Positions 48,263-58,749 of a DNA stretch of 64,000 nt are shown in pieces. Made by a program: the position numbers and the translations under genes. Every line of letters begins with the position of its first letter. The stretch's first letter is position 1. The notes beneath the pieces are model-generated. The model saw nothing but the letters and a program-made list of their open reading frames with translations. It was not told the origin of the DNA and did no database searches. The stretch is from Dehalococcoidia bacterium (GTDB lineage Bacteria; Chloroflexota; Dehalococcoidia; Bin125): contig OY820591.1 in the NCBI GenBank assembly GCA_963555985.3, positions 224,001 through 288,000 of the forward strand, given 5' to 3'.

Positions 48263-49708
48263 ATGTCCACAGCAACCGGCGGACTGGCGACGCTCCTGGG
48301 AGGACCGCTGATCGCGGCGCTGGGGATCGGTCTCAGCATCGGCGCTGAGCGCGGCCCGGGGTTGATCGCCGGCATCGTCCTCTGTGTAGCCGGTGTGGTC
48401 ATCCTGCTCGCCTGCCTGCGACAACTGCGGCAACGCACCCAAGCTCTGGAACAAGCGTTGACCCTGGCCACCCAAGGCGAACCGCCGCCGCTGCCCGACC
48501 CTCGGGCCAACCGAATCGTGCGCAACGTCGCTGACCTTAGCCGACGCCTCCACGACGAACTCGACGAGCGCAGCGGCGAACTCGAACAGGTCAAACGCGC
48601 CCTCGCCGCCGCCGGCGACCAAGTCATCGCTATCGACAGCGACGCCCGCATCGCCTATCTCAACCCCGCCGCCGCCGCCGATATCTCCCGTTCCGCCCCC
48701 TACGGCGGACGCGGACGCGACAGCGCCGATGACTGGCTCGGCGCGCCCCTGATCGATGCGGTGGCAGACCCCGATCTGTACACGGCGGTCGAGGCTTGTC
48801 TACACGAGAGCGCGCCCGCCGCGCTCACAGTCGAGCGCGAGTCCCGACGCTACCGCGCCGTGGTCGCGCCATTGGTCTCCGAAGACGGCGCCTCGCCCGC
48901 CGCCGGCCCCTGGAGCGTGGTTGTGGCTTTGCATGACCTCTCCGATCTCCACGAAGCGGAACAGTCCCGCCGCGACTTCTTTATCAACGCCTCGCACGAG
49001 CTGCGCACCCCGCTCGCCACCATCGCCGCCGCCGCCGAGACCCTTGAAGTCGTCAACGATCCCAAGGATGCCCAGCGCTTCCGCGTGATCATCCAATCCG
49101 AAGCTGAGCGCATGAGCGAGCTGATCGAGGAAATGCTCGCCCTCGCCCGGCTCGAATCCGGACTCTCCCCGCCCGACATCCGCACGCTCGAACTGGGGCC
49201 GCTAGTCGAGCAAGCGGTCGAGCGTCTGCGCCCTCAAGCCGAGCGCAAGAGCGTCGATCTCAGCTTGCGCACACCTGAAGCGGTTGTCGCCGCCGACCCC
49301 GACCTCACCCAGCGGGCCCTCATCAATCTCGTCCACAACGCCATCAAATTCACTCCTGCCGGCGGACAGGTGGAGGTCTTCGCCGAGTCCGGCCCACTGT
49401 TCGATCCCGCGCCGATGATCTGGCTCCGAGTCCGCGATACCGGCATCGGCGTCCCCGCCGCCGAACAGCCCCGCATCTTCCAGCGCTTCTACCGCGTCGA
49501 CCGCGCCCGCACCGGAGAACGTTCCGATGGAGCCAGCGCCGCTCCCGGTACCGGCCTGGGTCTAGCCGTCGTCCGCCACATCGCCGAAATCCACGGTGGC
49601 GGCGTGGCCCTCGAAAGCGCCCCAGGCGACGGTTCAACCTTCAGCTTCTCTCTCCCCCTGGCCCAGCAGCGCCCCGCCGCTCCTCTCAACCTCGGGGCCG
49701 ACGCATAG
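48263..49708 (+). CDS. phoR: Sensor histidine kinase, PhoR-like (2 TM, PAS, HisKA, HATPase)
   Basis: NASHELRTPL, NLVHNAIKF, DTGIG, IFQRFYRVDRAR and GTGLGLA. Confidence 0.9.
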   Translation: MSTATGGLATLLGGPLIAALGIGLSIGAERGPGLIAGIVLCVAGVVILLACLRQLRQRTQALEQALTLATQGEPPPLPDPRANRIVRNVADLSRRLHDELDERSGELEQVKRALAAAGDQVIAIDSDARIAYLNPAAAADISRSAPYGGRGRDSADDWLGAPLIDAVADPDLYTAVEACLHESAPAALTVERESRRYRAVVAPLVSEDGASPAAGPWSVVVALHDLSDLHEAEQSRRDFFINASHELRTPLATIAAAAETLEVVNDPKDAQRFRVIIQSEAERMSELIEEMLALARLESGLSPPDIRTLELGPLVEQAVERLRPQAERKSVDLSLRTPEAVVAADPDLTQRALINLVHNAIKFTPAGGQVEVFAESGPLFDPAPMIWLRVRDTGIGVPAAEQPRIFQRFYRVDRARTGERSDGASAAPGTGLGLAVVRHIAEIHGGGVALESAPGDGSTFSFSLPLAQQRPAAPLNLGADA

Positions 49709-49748
49709 CGCCATACCCGTGCACAGCGCGCCATAACGCCGGACTCTG

Positions 49749-49786
49749 CTAACCCCTCCTTAACTCCTCGTTAGCCGCCGGATTAC
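49749..49786 (+). promoter_or_regulatory. Putative PHO box (11-bp direct repeats) upstream of pstS
   Basis: CTAACccctcc TTAACtcctcg TTAGCcgccgg ATTAC: exact 11-bp phasing. Confidence 0.65.
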
Positions 49787-49860
49787 CGCTCAAGATCGGG
49801 TTCGTTCATACGCTGCGAGTGCTCGAACCCGACCTGTCAGTAAGCGAGAGGACCTGCATC

Positions 49861-50994
49861 GTGACCGAAACTGTCGTGAAGAAGCCGCTCTTGTGGCTAT
49901 TGCCGGTACTGCTGGGCGTCGGCTTGCTGCTCGCCGCCTGCGGCGGCGGCGATGAGCAGCAAAGCTCTGCCGCCTCAGCCGCCCAAGACCAGCAGCAAGC
50001 ACAGTCCAATGCCACTGCTTCCTCAGCCGCCGCTGACGACGCTCAGCAGCAAGAAACCCGCGCAGCGGTCGCCGGACTCGAAGGCGACATCGCCGTGGAC
50101 GGCTCCTCGACCGTCTTCCCGATCACCGAAGCGATGGCGGAAGAGTTCGGCATCCTCACCGATCGCGGTGTCCGCGTCACGGTCGGCGTCTCCGGCACCG
50201 GCGGCGGGTTCAAGCGCTTCTGCGCGGGTGAGACCGACATCTCCGACGCCTCCCGCCCGATCAAGGACAGCGAAACTGAACTCTGCGCCGAGGCTGGGAT
50301 CAGCTTCATCGAAGTCCCGGTCGCGTTCGACGGCCTGACCATCGTGATCAACCCTGAGAACGACTGGGTTGACGCGCTGACCGTCGCCGAGCTCAACCAC
50401 ATCTTCCGTCCCGACGACTTCGCCACGAGCTGGGCCGACGTGCGCGACGGGTTCCCCGACGTGGAGATCACCCTCTACGCCCCGGGCGCGGACTCGGGCA
50501 CATTCGACTACTTCACCGAGGCGATCAACGGCGACAGCGGCGTCCACCGTTCGGACAACACGACCTTCTCCGAGGACGACAACGTGCTCGTGCAGGGCGT
50601 CGCTTCCGACCGCGGCGGGATCGGCTACTTCGGCTTCAGCTACTACGCCAACAACGCCGACCGGCTCAAGGCGGTTCCGGTCGTGAACGACGCCGGCCAG
50701 GCGATCATCCCGACCAATGACACGATCAACGACGGTTCCTACAACCCGCTCTCGCGCCCGCTCTTCATCTACGTCTCCGTCGCCTCACTTGAGCGCGACG
50801 AAGTCGCCGCCTTCGTCGAGTACTTCCTCACCGACGGCGTCTGGCTGGTAGACACGGCAGAGGTTGGCTACGTGCAGCTCCCCGCCAACATCTACGCCGC
50901 TGCCTGGCGCCGCGTCAAAGACCGCATCGCCGGCTCCGCGATCGCCGCTGCCCAAGAGGGCGACACGCTCGCCATGGTCTTCGACGCTGAGTAA
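49861..50994 (+). CDS. pstS: Phosphate ABC transporter substrate-binding lipoprotein
   Basis: Lipobox LAAC; [27 protein letters not shown] and [15 protein letters not shown] start after GAGAGG. Confidence 0.95.
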   Translation: MTETVVKKPLLWLLPVLLGVGLLLAACGGGDEQQSSAASAAQDQQQAQSNATASSAAADDAQQQETRAAVAGLEGDIAVDGSSTVFPITEAMAEEFGILTDRGVRVTVGVSGTGGGFKRFCAGETDISDASRPIKDSETELCAEAGISFIEVPVAFDGLTIVINPENDWVDALTVAELNHIFRPDDFATSWADVRDGFPDVEITLYAPGADSGTFDYFTEAINGDSGVHRSDNTTFSEDDNVLVQGVASDRGGIGYFGFSYYANNADRLKAVPVVNDAGQAIIPTNDTINDGSYNPLSRPLFIYVSVASLERDEVAAFVEYFLTDGVWLVDTAEVGYVQLPANIYAAAWRRVKDRIAGSAIAAAQEGDTLAMVFDAE

Positions 50995-51056
50995 CGTTGC
51001 GCAGCCTCCGCTCCCCAATCTCCCCTTTGAGGAGACCTGCGCGTAATCCCGGATTC

Positions 51057-51211
51057 CGTCATTCCAGGCTTGACCTGGAATCTCGTCCGGAATTGCGGGC
51101 TCTCTGGTCGGAGCGAGATTCCAGCGTTCGCTGGAATGACGAGAGCAACGGGAATCTGATGTACGCGCAACTCTCCTTGAGGGGGGGAGATGCCGCAGGC
51201 AGAGGGGGTGA
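51057..51211. repeat. REP cluster (family 2 doublet + family 1 unit) between pstS and pstC
   Basis: CGTCATTCCAGGCTTGACCTGGAATCTC...GAGATTCCAGCGTTCGCTGGAATGACG, then CTCCTTGAGGGGGGAGATGCCGCAGGCAGAGGGG. Confidence 0.75.
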
Positions 51212-51418
51212 GAACGCCGCAGTCCTCTCCGACCGCCGCGTCTCACCTCTCGGCAGCTGCCCCGACAAGAGTCGGCAGTGCAAACGATCCCACAACACCC
51301 ATTACCGGACTTACCCACTGTTAACCAGCCAAGCAAAGCCAAACCTAGCGTGACATCTACCCGCAATTGAGGGTCAAGAGTTGCCTCTGCACCCCCTACC
51401 AAGCGGAACTGCCGCAGC

Positions 51419-52396
51419 ATGAGCACCCAAGCGCCCCAGCGAGACACCGTCCGCTCCCTGCTCGCCGAACTCTGGCGCGATCGGCTCCAGCCCTCCCGCC
51501 CGGGCAGCGGCCGCGAAACCCGAACCGGCCGTCTGATCCACGGTCTGCTCTTCCTCACCGCCACGCTCTCCGCATTCGTCACCGTCGGCATTGTCCTCGT
51601 CCTGATCTTCGAGACTGTCGAGTTCTTCCGCGAAGTCCCGTTCGGGGACTTCTTCGGCTCAACCAAGTGGTCGGCCCTCTTCGCCGAGAAAGAGTTCGGC
51701 GTCTGGGCGCTGGTCTGGGGTACCGGCATGATCGCCCTGATCGGCCTGGCAGTGGCGATCCCCCTCGGTCTGATGGCGGCGATCTTCCTGAGCGAATACG
51801 CGCCTCCGCGCCTGCGCGCGATCGTCAAACCGATCCTCGAAGTACTGGCCGGCGTGCCCACCGTCGTTTTTGGTTACTTCGCCCTGCTCTCGGTTGTGCC
51901 CGTGCTGCGCTCGATCTTCGGCGCCGATCTGATCGGCAGCTACAGCGCTCTCGCCGCCGGAATCGTGGTCGGGTTGATGATCGTGCCGATCATCGCCTCA
52001 CTCTCCGAAGACGCGATGAAAGCAGTGCCGCGCGCGCTGCGCGAGGGCGCCTACGCGCTCGGCTCCACGCGGGTGGAAGTCTCCCTACGGGTGGTGCTGC
52101 CGGCTGCCTTCTCCGGCGTCGTCGCCTCGATCATCCTCGCCGCCTCACGCGCCGTCGGCGAGACCATGGCAGTCACGATCGCCGGCGGCGGCAACCCTCA
52201 ATTCGGCGTCAATCCGCTCGAGGCCGTTCAGACCATGACCGCCATGATCGTCCAACTCTCGCTGGGCGACACGCCGACGACCTCGATTGAGTTCAAGGTG
52301 CTCTTCGCGGTCGCCATGACCCTGTTCGTGCTGACCTTGGCGATGAACATCGTCGCCCAGTGGGTCGCGCGCCGCTTCCGGGAGGAATACGAATGA
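51419..52396 (+). CDS. pstC: Phosphate ABC transporter permease
   Basis: AIFLSEYA, LEVLAGVPTVV and RAVGETMAV. Confidence 0.96.
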   Translation: MSTQAPQRDTVRSLLAELWRDRLQPSRPGSGRETRTGRLIHGLLFLTATLSAFVTVGIVLVLIFETVEFFREVPFGDFFGSTKWSALFAEKEFGVWALVWGTGMIALIGLAVAIPLGLMAAIFLSEYAPPRLRAIVKPILEVLAGVPTVVFGYFALLSVVPVLRSIFGADLIGSYSALAAGIVVGLMIVPIIASLSEDAMKAVPRALREGAYALGSTRVEVSLRVVLPAAFSGVVASIILAASRAVGETMAVTIAGGGNPQFGVNPLEAVQTMTAMIVQLSLGDTPTTSIEFKVLFAVAMTLFVLTLAMNIVAQWVARRFREEYE

Positions 52397-53763
52397 CCGC
52401 TGCTGCGCCTGCGGCAGGCTCGGGCGGACTGGCGCGTTACGCGCCGCGCGTGCGTGTGCGCCGGACTGTCTCGGTCGGCTTTATGGTCGCCGCGCTGCTC
52501 GCGATTGCGATCAGCATGATCATGCTGGGCGCGTTGATCGTCGAGATCGCCGTCGATGGCGCTGCCCGCCTCTTCACCGACGGCGCCGCTGTGACCAAGG
52601 AGTACCGCGGCGAGCTGATCACCGACTCGCCCACGCCCGAGGGCATGGCTTGGTTCACTTGGGCGCTGCCGGTGGCGATCCTGCTGCCCTTCGTCGGGCC
52701 GCGCCTCGTCTACAGCCTGATGCCCCAACTCTCCGAGCTGGCGGGCAAGCTGATCGGCCTGGCCGCCGTCGCCCCCGCCGCGATCTTCCTGCACCTGCTC
52801 TACGTCCGCTTCGAGTCGGTCTACTTCATCGAGTACTGGCGCGACCACGACGGCGCCAACGGGCACATCTTCAGCCTCTTCGGCGACGCCGAAGGGTTCC
52901 AGATCGTGCGCCTGCTGATCGTCGGTCTGGGACTGCCTCTGGCGATTCTGGCCGCAGGCTGGCTTGGTTCACGGCGGCTGCGCCGGCCCTCGCTGGTCAT
53001 CCCCGGCATCATGATCCTCGCCTGGATCATCTATCTCTTCATGGATCCTCACTTTCTCTCCGCCTTCCCCTCGCGCCGGCCGCAGGACGCGGGCATCTTC
53101 TCCTCGCTCACCGGCACGCTCTACATGATGACCATCACCGCCGCCGTCGCTTTCCCGCTCGGCGTGGGCGCGGCTGTCTACCTTGAGGAATACGCACGCC
53201 GCAACTGGTTCTCGCGCATGATCCAGGTCAACATCTCCAACCTCGCCGGCGTGCCCTCGATCATCTACGGGTTGCTCGGCTTACAGGTCTTCGTGCGCGT
53301 GCTCGAGTTCGAGCGCTCCGTATTGGCGGGCGCTTGCACCATGGCCTTGCTGGTCATGCCGATCATCATCGTCTCGGCGCAGGAAGCGCTGCGCACGGTC
53401 CCGCCCTCGATGCGCGAGGCCGCCTACGCCGTCGGCGCGACCCGCTGGCAGGTGATCCGCTATCACGTCCTCCCCTACGCCTTCGGCGGGATGCTGACCG
53501 GCAACATCCTCGCCATGTCCCGCGCGATCGGCGAGACCGCGCCCTTGATCGCGATCGGCGCGCTCACCTTCATCGCCTTCTTGGCGGACTCGCCGACCGA
53601 CGACTTCACCGTGTTGCCGATCCAGATTTTCAACTGGGTCACGCGGCCGCAGTCCGGCTTCCACGAGATTGCCGCTTCGACGATCATCGTGCTGCTCGCA
53701 ATGTTGCTGCTGATGAACGCTGCCGCGATCATCATGCGCCAGCGAACCCGCACCGACTGGTAA
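52393..53763 (+). CDS. pstA: Phosphate ABC transporter permease with extra N-terminal TM insertion
   Basis: AVYLEEYA, NLAGVPSIIYGLLG and RAIGETAPL; ATGA overlap with pstC. Confidence 0.94.
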   Translation: MTAAAPAAGSGGLARYAPRVRVRRTVSVGFMVAALLAIAISMIMLGALIVEIAVDGAARLFTDGAAVTKEYRGELITDSPTPEGMAWFTWALPVAILLPFVGPRLVYSLMPQLSELAGKLIGLAAVAPAAIFLHLLYVRFESVYFIEYWRDHDGANGHIFSLFGDAEGFQIVRLLIVGLGLPLAILAAGWLGSRRLRRPSLVIPGIMILAWIIYLFMDPHFLSAFPSRRPQDAGIFSSLTGTLYMMTITAAVAFPLGVGAAVYLEEYARRNWFSRMIQVNISNLAGVPSIIYGLLGLQVFVRVLEFERSVLAGACTMALLVMPIIIVSAQEALRTVPPSMREAAYAVGATRWQVIRYHVLPYAFGGMLTGNILAMSRAIGETAPLIAIGALTFIAFLADSPTDDFTVLPIQIFNWVTRPQSGFHEIAASTIIVLLAMLLLMNAAAIIMRQRTRTDW

Positions 53764-53808
53764 ATTCGCCCGCGACCGGATTAGGGCGCCGAACAGGGAG
53801 CGTTCAGA

Positions 53809-54744
53809 ATGGCTCGTAACCTCTTCACCATCATGCGGTCCAGCGCGCCGGCGAGCACCCCCGCGCCGACCGAAACCGCGCTCCCGCCCCCGCCCAACAT
53901 GAAGGAAGACGCAGCTACTGGTGTTGGCGTTCACCTTGATCCCACCCTCGAAGCCGTCCGCCACGAGATACCGGACGACCTCGAAATGGCGCTCGAGCTG
54001 CGCGACGTCTCCGCCTTCTACGGCTCCTTCCAGGCCATCGACCGCATCTCGATCGACGTGCCCCGCAACCGCGTCACCGCCTTGATCGGACCCTCCGGCT
54101 GCGGCAAGAGCACCCTGATTCGCTGCCTCAACCGCATGAACGACCTGATTCCGGGCGCGCGCATCGAAGGCGAGATTCAGTTCGAGGGCCGGAACCTGCT
54201 CGACCCCAACGTCGACGCCGTCGAAGTCCGCCGCCGGATCGGAATGGTCTTCCAGAAGCCCAACCCCTTCCCCAAGTCGATCTACGAGAACGTCGCCTTC
54301 GGCGCGCGTATCAACGGCTACTCCGGCGACATGGATCGCCTCGTCGAAGACTCGCTCCGCCGCGCCGCGCTCTGGGACGAGGTCAAGGACGACCTTGATA
54401 AGAGCGGTCTGGCGCTCTCCGGCGGCCAGCAGCAGCGGCTTTGCATCGCCCGCGCCATCGCCGTCCAGCCAGAAATCATCCTGATGGACGAACCCGCTTC
54501 GGCGCTGGACCCAGTGGCTACGCTCAAGATCGAAGACCTGATGCGCGAGTTGGCCGAGGACTACACCATCGTCGTCGTCACGCACAACATGCAGCAGGCC
54601 GGGCGCGTCTCCGACTTCACCGCCTTCCTGCTCGCCGGTGAAGAGCGCGTCGGACGCCTCGTGGAATTTGGCCCTACCACCGACATCTTCACCAACCCCC
54701 GCGACCAGCGCACGGAAGACTACATTACTGGCAGGTACGGCTAG
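53809..54744 (+). CDS. pstB: Phosphate ABC transporter ATP-binding protein
   Basis: [26 protein letters not shown] and [10 protein letters not shown]. Confidence 0.97.
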   Translation: MARNLFTIMRSSAPASTPAPTETALPPPPNMKEDAATGVGVHLDPTLEAVRHEIPDDLEMALELRDVSAFYGSFQAIDRISIDVPRNRVTALIGPSGCGKSTLIRCLNRMNDLIPGARIEGEIQFEGRNLLDPNVDAVEVRRRIGMVFQKPNPFPKSIYENVAFGARINGYSGDMDRLVEDSLRRAALWDEVKDDLDKSGLALSGGQQQRLCIARAIAVQPEIILMDEPASALDPVATLKIEDLMRELAEDYTIVVVTHNMQQAGRVSDFTAFLLAGEERVGRLVEFGPTTDIFTNPRDQRTEDYITGRYG

Positions 54745-54804
54745 ACCGTCGAATCCACAGCGCGAACCGCGCGTTCCGAATGCCAGGCCTCGAAGGGACC
54801 ACAT

Positions 54805-55482
54805 ATGGCCACCTCGAGGATTTCCTATACCGCCGACCGCCAAGAAGTGATCGACCGCCTGCGCCTGCTCCACGCCCGCACCGATCGCTCGATCGTCGAC
54901 GCGATGCAGGCCCTGCTTCGCCGCGACCTCGTGCTTGCCCGCCGCGTCTGCGCCGCCGACGCAGACGTCGACCGCCTCCGCTACGACATCGAATCGGCCG
55001 TGCTCAACATCATCGCGCTCCAGCAACCAGTCGCGGGCGATCTGCGCGAGCTGATGTCGATCAACGCGATCGCCACGGATCTGGAGCGCATCGCCGACCA
55101 CGCCGAAGGTATCGCCCGGATCGCCATCTTCCTCGGCGACGATCCGATCGCCGCCACCGAGCCCGAACTCTGGCGTATGGCCGACGTCGCCCGCGGAATG
55201 CTCCACGACGCCACCCGCTCCTTCATCGATCGCGACGAATCCCTCGCCCGCGAAACCTACGGCCGCGACGACGAAGTCGACGACCTCTACGCCGAAGTCC
55301 ACACCCGCCTGATCGCCCGCCTTGCTCAGGTCGAACAAGACGCCGCCTCCGACGCCATCACCCACGTGCTCTGGTGCTCCCACAACCTCGAACGCATCGG
55401 AGACCGCGCCACCAACATCTGCGAACGAACCATCTTCCTCGTCACCGGCTCCTTCAACCGAGACGATCTCCCCGGCTTCTAG
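54805..55482 (+). CDS. phoU: Phosphate signalling protein PhoU
   Basis: QQPVAGDLR, DLERIADHA, DDEVD and LERIGDRATNICE. Confidence 0.96.
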   Translation: MATSRISYTADRQEVIDRLRLLHARTDRSIVDAMQALLRRDLVLARRVCAADADVDRLRYDIESAVLNIIALQQPVAGDLRELMSINAIATDLERIADHAEGIARIAIFLGDDPIAATEPELWRMADVARGMLHDATRSFIDRDESLARETYGRDDEVDDLYAEVHTRLIARLAQVEQDAASDAITHVLWCSHNLERIGDRATNICERTIFLVTGSFNRDDLPGF

Positions 55483-55586
55483 GACCTGTTCACACTGCGC
55501 GAAGTGTATCGGCGCTGTTTGGCGGGGAGAATTTCGGAGGGATTGAGCGGATCTCCTGTTGAGCGCTGAGGATCGTGCGTTCGCGG

Positions 55587-55782
55587 GTCTGGATTTGTCC
55601 AGATTTGTCTAGATCTGTCTAGATCTGTCCAGATCTGTCCGGATTCGTCTCGATGCGGGCGGATTTTTTCCAGGCGAATCCGGGCTTGTCCGGCGCCGTC
55701 TGGGTTTGGCGCGAGTCGTTCACGGGACACAGCGGGCTCCGATTGGATTCGTGCGCGTATATGTTCTGAGCATACCCGGTTT
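55587..55782 (-). repeat. Dispersed non-coding element copy C
   Basis: Minus strand: AAACCGGG...AGAACATATACGCG head, then ATCGAGACGAATCCGGACAGATCTGGACAGATCTAGACAGATCTAGACAAATCTGGACAAATCCAGAC. Shares the exact 21-mer ATCTAGACAAATCTGGACAAA with copy A. Confidence 0.75.
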
Positions 55783-55913
55783 CGGCTCGGTTGAGGAGGG
55801 CGGGGCAGGGAACGCCGAGGCTCAGTCTCGAGACCAGCGCGCGTGCGGGCCGACCGCGCTCGTGGTTGCGTGAACAGGCCCTAGCATCCCCCATCCGCTA
55901 TTCCCTCAGGTCT

Positions 55914-55958
55914 CCGTCATTCCCGCGCTCCGCTGCGGGAATCTCGCCGTGACCAGCA
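55914..55958. repeat. REP family 2 unit
   Basis: CCGTCATTCCCGCGCTCCGCTGCGGGAATCTCGCCGTGACCAGCAC. Confidence 0.75.
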
Positions 55959-56015
55959 CCGAACACTCCACCCACTCCCAAAAACCGCCCCGCAAATCGA
56001 TCTACCCTTCTCCCA

Positions 56016-56606
56016 ATGGAAGCTCTGGTCATTGCCCTGATCCGCGTTGTCGGATCGCTCCCTGTTCTGCGCTGGGCCTTTGTCGGCGGACTGATCGCCG
56101 TCTTCGTCGACCTTTCCGATCTGTTTCTGCGCCAGGCGATTGATCTTGGAGGGCTGTCCAACTATCAGGAGTGGGACAAGTGGGTCGATCAGGTCTACAT
56201 CTTTCTCTTCTTCTATGTCGCCATGCGCTGGAGCGGCTGGGAGCGGAACATCGCGCTCACGCTCTTCAGCTGGCGGCTGATCGGCTTCGTCGCCTTTCTG
56301 GCCGGCGCCGGACGGGGCATCCTGATCTACTTCCCCCACATCTTCGAGTTCTGGTTCCTCTACGTCGCCAGCCGCCCCCACTGGCCTCGATGGACCGGAC
56401 GCTTGCGCGGCACGAATCCCGACGGTACTGCCGCTCCGTTGACCGGACGCGAGGCTGCGGGTTGGCTACTGGTGGTAGGCGGCCTCAAGATTTTCCATGA
56501 GTACATCTTGCACACGGGCAAGTGGCTGGACGATTTCAGCGCTTTTGAGGCGGCTGAGGCGATCTGGGACTTTATCAGCGGTCCTTTTGCGGTTGTTTTT
56601 GGGTAG
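56016..56606 (+). CDS. Membrane protein of unknown function
   Basis: Multiple TM segments; DLSD...YQEWDKWVD acidic motif reminiscent of CDP-alcohol phosphotransferases. Confidence 0.7.
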   Translation: MEALVIALIRVVGSLPVLRWAFVGGLIAVFVDLSDLFLRQAIDLGGLSNYQEWDKWVDQVYIFLFFYVAMRWSGWERNIALTLFSWRLIGFVAFLAGAGRGILIYFPHIFEFWFLYVASRPHWPRWTGRLRGTNPDGTAAPLTGREAAGWLLVVGGLKIFHEYILHTGKWLDDFSAFEAAEAIWDFISGPFAVVFG

Positions 56607-56637
56607 ATTTGGGCGCTCTCGCTTGTCTGGGGGCGGG

Positions 56638-57693
56638 TCAGTCTTCGTTTTGGGTGCGAGCCCAGATGGGGCGCTCGACTCCCGGGGGCGGGGCGAAGCT
56701 GGTGTCTTCTTCAGAAGGTGGTTCGGGGTCGGCGATTTGGGGGGTGGGGAGTGCAGCGTCTTCGCCGACGATTTGGCGGGCCTGAGCTTCGGTGAGTTCG
56801 GGGTGGGCGGAGACGGTGGCGGCGACTCGTTCTTCGGCGGTGGGGGCGAAGTCGACCGCGTGGGCGGCTGAGGAGGCGACTTCTTCCTGGATATCGGTGG
56901 GGAGTTCGGCGGCGAAGCGTGAGCGTTCGTCACGGACGGTGTAGCGGAAGAGTTCCTGCTCTTCGGGCTCGAGCAGGCGTCCGTCTTTCATTTCTTCGAC
57001 GCGGGGGACGAGCTCCATGACGGTGCGGTCGTGGGTGGTGGTGATGATGGTGACGCCGTGTTCGGCGACGAGATCGTGGAGCAGGCGGAAGATGCTGACG
57101 GCGGTGGTGGAGTCGAGTTCGCCGGTGGGTTCGTCGGCGAGGATGAGGGCGGGGGAGTTGGCCAAGGCGCGGGCGATGGCGACGCGCTGCTGTTCGCCGC
57201 CGGAGAGTTCGTAGGGGCGGTGGCGGGCGCGGCCGGCGAGGCCGACCGCTTCGAGCAGTTCCTCGGCGCGGCGGCGGCGCTCGCGGATGCCTGCGCCGGC
57301 GATGCGGAGCGAGAGTTCGACGTTCTCGTAGGCGGAGAGCAGAGGGAGCAGGCCGAAGGACTGGAAGACGAAGCCGACGCGATGGCGGCGGAGTTGGGTA
57401 AGTTGGCGCTCGGTGTAGTTGGTGATGTTCTCGCCGTCGATGTGGACGTTGCCCTCGGTGGGCGCGTCAAGGCCGGCGATCAGGTTGAGGAGGGTGGTCT
57501 TGCCGGAACCGGAGCGTCCGATCAGGGCGACGAATTCACCGCGATGGACCTGGAGGGAGACATCGCGGACGGCCCAGATGTCTTCGCTGCCGACGACGAA
57601 GCGTCGGCTGACGTTGCGGACATCGACGACGAGGTCGCGCCCGTTTGGGGCGGGCGCGCCGATTGCGCCGTTGACAGCGTTGGAGATACTCAT
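56638..57693 (-). CDS. ABC ATP-binding protein (LolD/MacB type) with C-terminal extension
   Basis: GRSGSGKTT, LSGGEQQR and ADEPTGELD. Confidence 0.95.
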   Translation of the reverse strand: MSISNAVNGAIGAPAPNGRDLVVDVRNVSRRFVVGSEDIWAVRDVSLQVHRGEFVALIGRSGSGKTTLLNLIAGLDAPTEGNVHIDGENITNYTERQLTQLRRHRVGFVFQSFGLLPLLSAYENVELSLRIAGAGIRERRRRAEELLEAVGLAGRARHRPYELSGGEQQRVAIARALANSPALILADEPTGELDSTTAVSIFRLLHDLVAEHGVTIITTTHDRTVMELVPRVEEMKDGRLLEPEEQELFRYTVRDERSRFAAELPTDIQEEVASSAAHAVDFAPTAEERVAATVSAHPELTEAQARQIVGEDAALPTPQIADPEPPSEEDTSFAPPPGVERPIWARTQNED

Positions 57694-58625
57694 CGGGCGG
57701 GTCCTTCTTCTTCACCCTGGACCGGCGTGATCACGATCCGCCCGTCGCGGGAATCGACGTAGGCGCGGCGTCCGAGCGCGACTGAATCGAGCAGCGGTTT
57801 GGGAATTTGCAGGCGGCCGGCGCCGTCGACGACGGCGTATTCGTCGTGGACGACCTCGGCGATCTCGGTACCAGGATTCTCGATTCGGCGCACGGTCTCG
57901 GTGGCGATGCTGCCGTCGCGGATGGCGACCACGCGATCGACGCGGGCGGCGATGGCGGGGTCGTGGGTGACGACGATGATGGTGAGGCCGAACTGGTTGG
58001 AGAGATTGCGGAAGAGTTCGAAGATCTCTTCGGAGGTGTGGGTGTCGAGTTCGCCGGTGGGTTCGTCGGCGAGGAGGAGCGGGGGGTCGTTGGCAAGGGC
58101 GACGCCAATGCTGACGCGCTGCTGCTCGCCGCCGGAGAGTTGGTCGGGGCGCTGGCGGCGCTTGTCCATGAGGCCGACGGCTTCGAGCAGGTTGAGGGCG
58201 CGTTCGCGGGCGTGCTTGCGCGAGCGGCCGGCGAGGATCATCGGGACTTCGATGTTTTGCTGAGCGGAGAGGTAGGGGATCAGGTTGCGTCCGGTTTGCT
58301 GCCAGACGAAGCCGACCTGTTCACGGCGGTAGTCAACGAGTTCGGCTTCGGTGAGGGCGAGCAGGTCGGCGGTGTTGACGAAGGCTTGTCCGGCGGAGGG
58401 CACATCAAGCCCGGCGAGCACGTTGAGCAAGGTGGACTTGCCGGAGCCGGAGGCGCCCACGATGGCGAGCACCTCGCCTTTGGCCACAGTCAGGTCGAGT
58501 CCGCGCAGGGCGACGACTTCGAGGTCGGCGATTTTGTAGATCTTGAAGAGGTCGCGGCAGACGACGTGATTCTCCTGGGGGAGTTCGTCGGGCCGGATCG
58601 GCGGGGCCGCAGCGTTGGTGGTCAT
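57690..58625 (-). CDS. ABC ATP-binding protein (LolD/MacB type) with C-terminal AbrB-like segment
   Basis: GASGSGKST, LSGGEQQR, ADEPTGELD; tail VVDGAGRLQIP. Confidence 0.95.
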   Translation of the reverse strand: MTTNAAAPPIRPDELPQENHVVCRDLFKIYKIADLEVVALRGLDLTVAKGEVLAIVGASGSGKSTLLNVLAGLDVPSAGQAFVNTADLLALTEAELVDYRREQVGFVWQQTGRNLIPYLSAQQNIEVPMILAGRSRKHARERALNLLEAVGLMDKRRQRPDQLSGGEQQRVSIGVALANDPPLLLADEPTGELDTHTSEEIFELFRNLSNQFGLTIIVVTHDPAIAARVDRVVAIRDGSIATETVRRIENPGTEIAEVVHDEYAVVDGAGRLQIPKPLLDSVALGRRAYVDSRDGRIVITPVQGEEEGPAR

Positions 58626-58749
58626 CTGCCGCTCGCAAGGTGATCAGCCGCCCGCGCCGGTTCAGCGGGCGCACGTTTTGAGGATACCGGCAGGTTCGGG
58701 TTTCGGTCATTTCCGGGGGGTGGGAATGGCGGAGTTTGAGGACTGCCGG

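Noticed and set aside
53281-55383. 700-aa minus-strand ORF
   Set aside because: Antisense to pstA/pstB/phoU.
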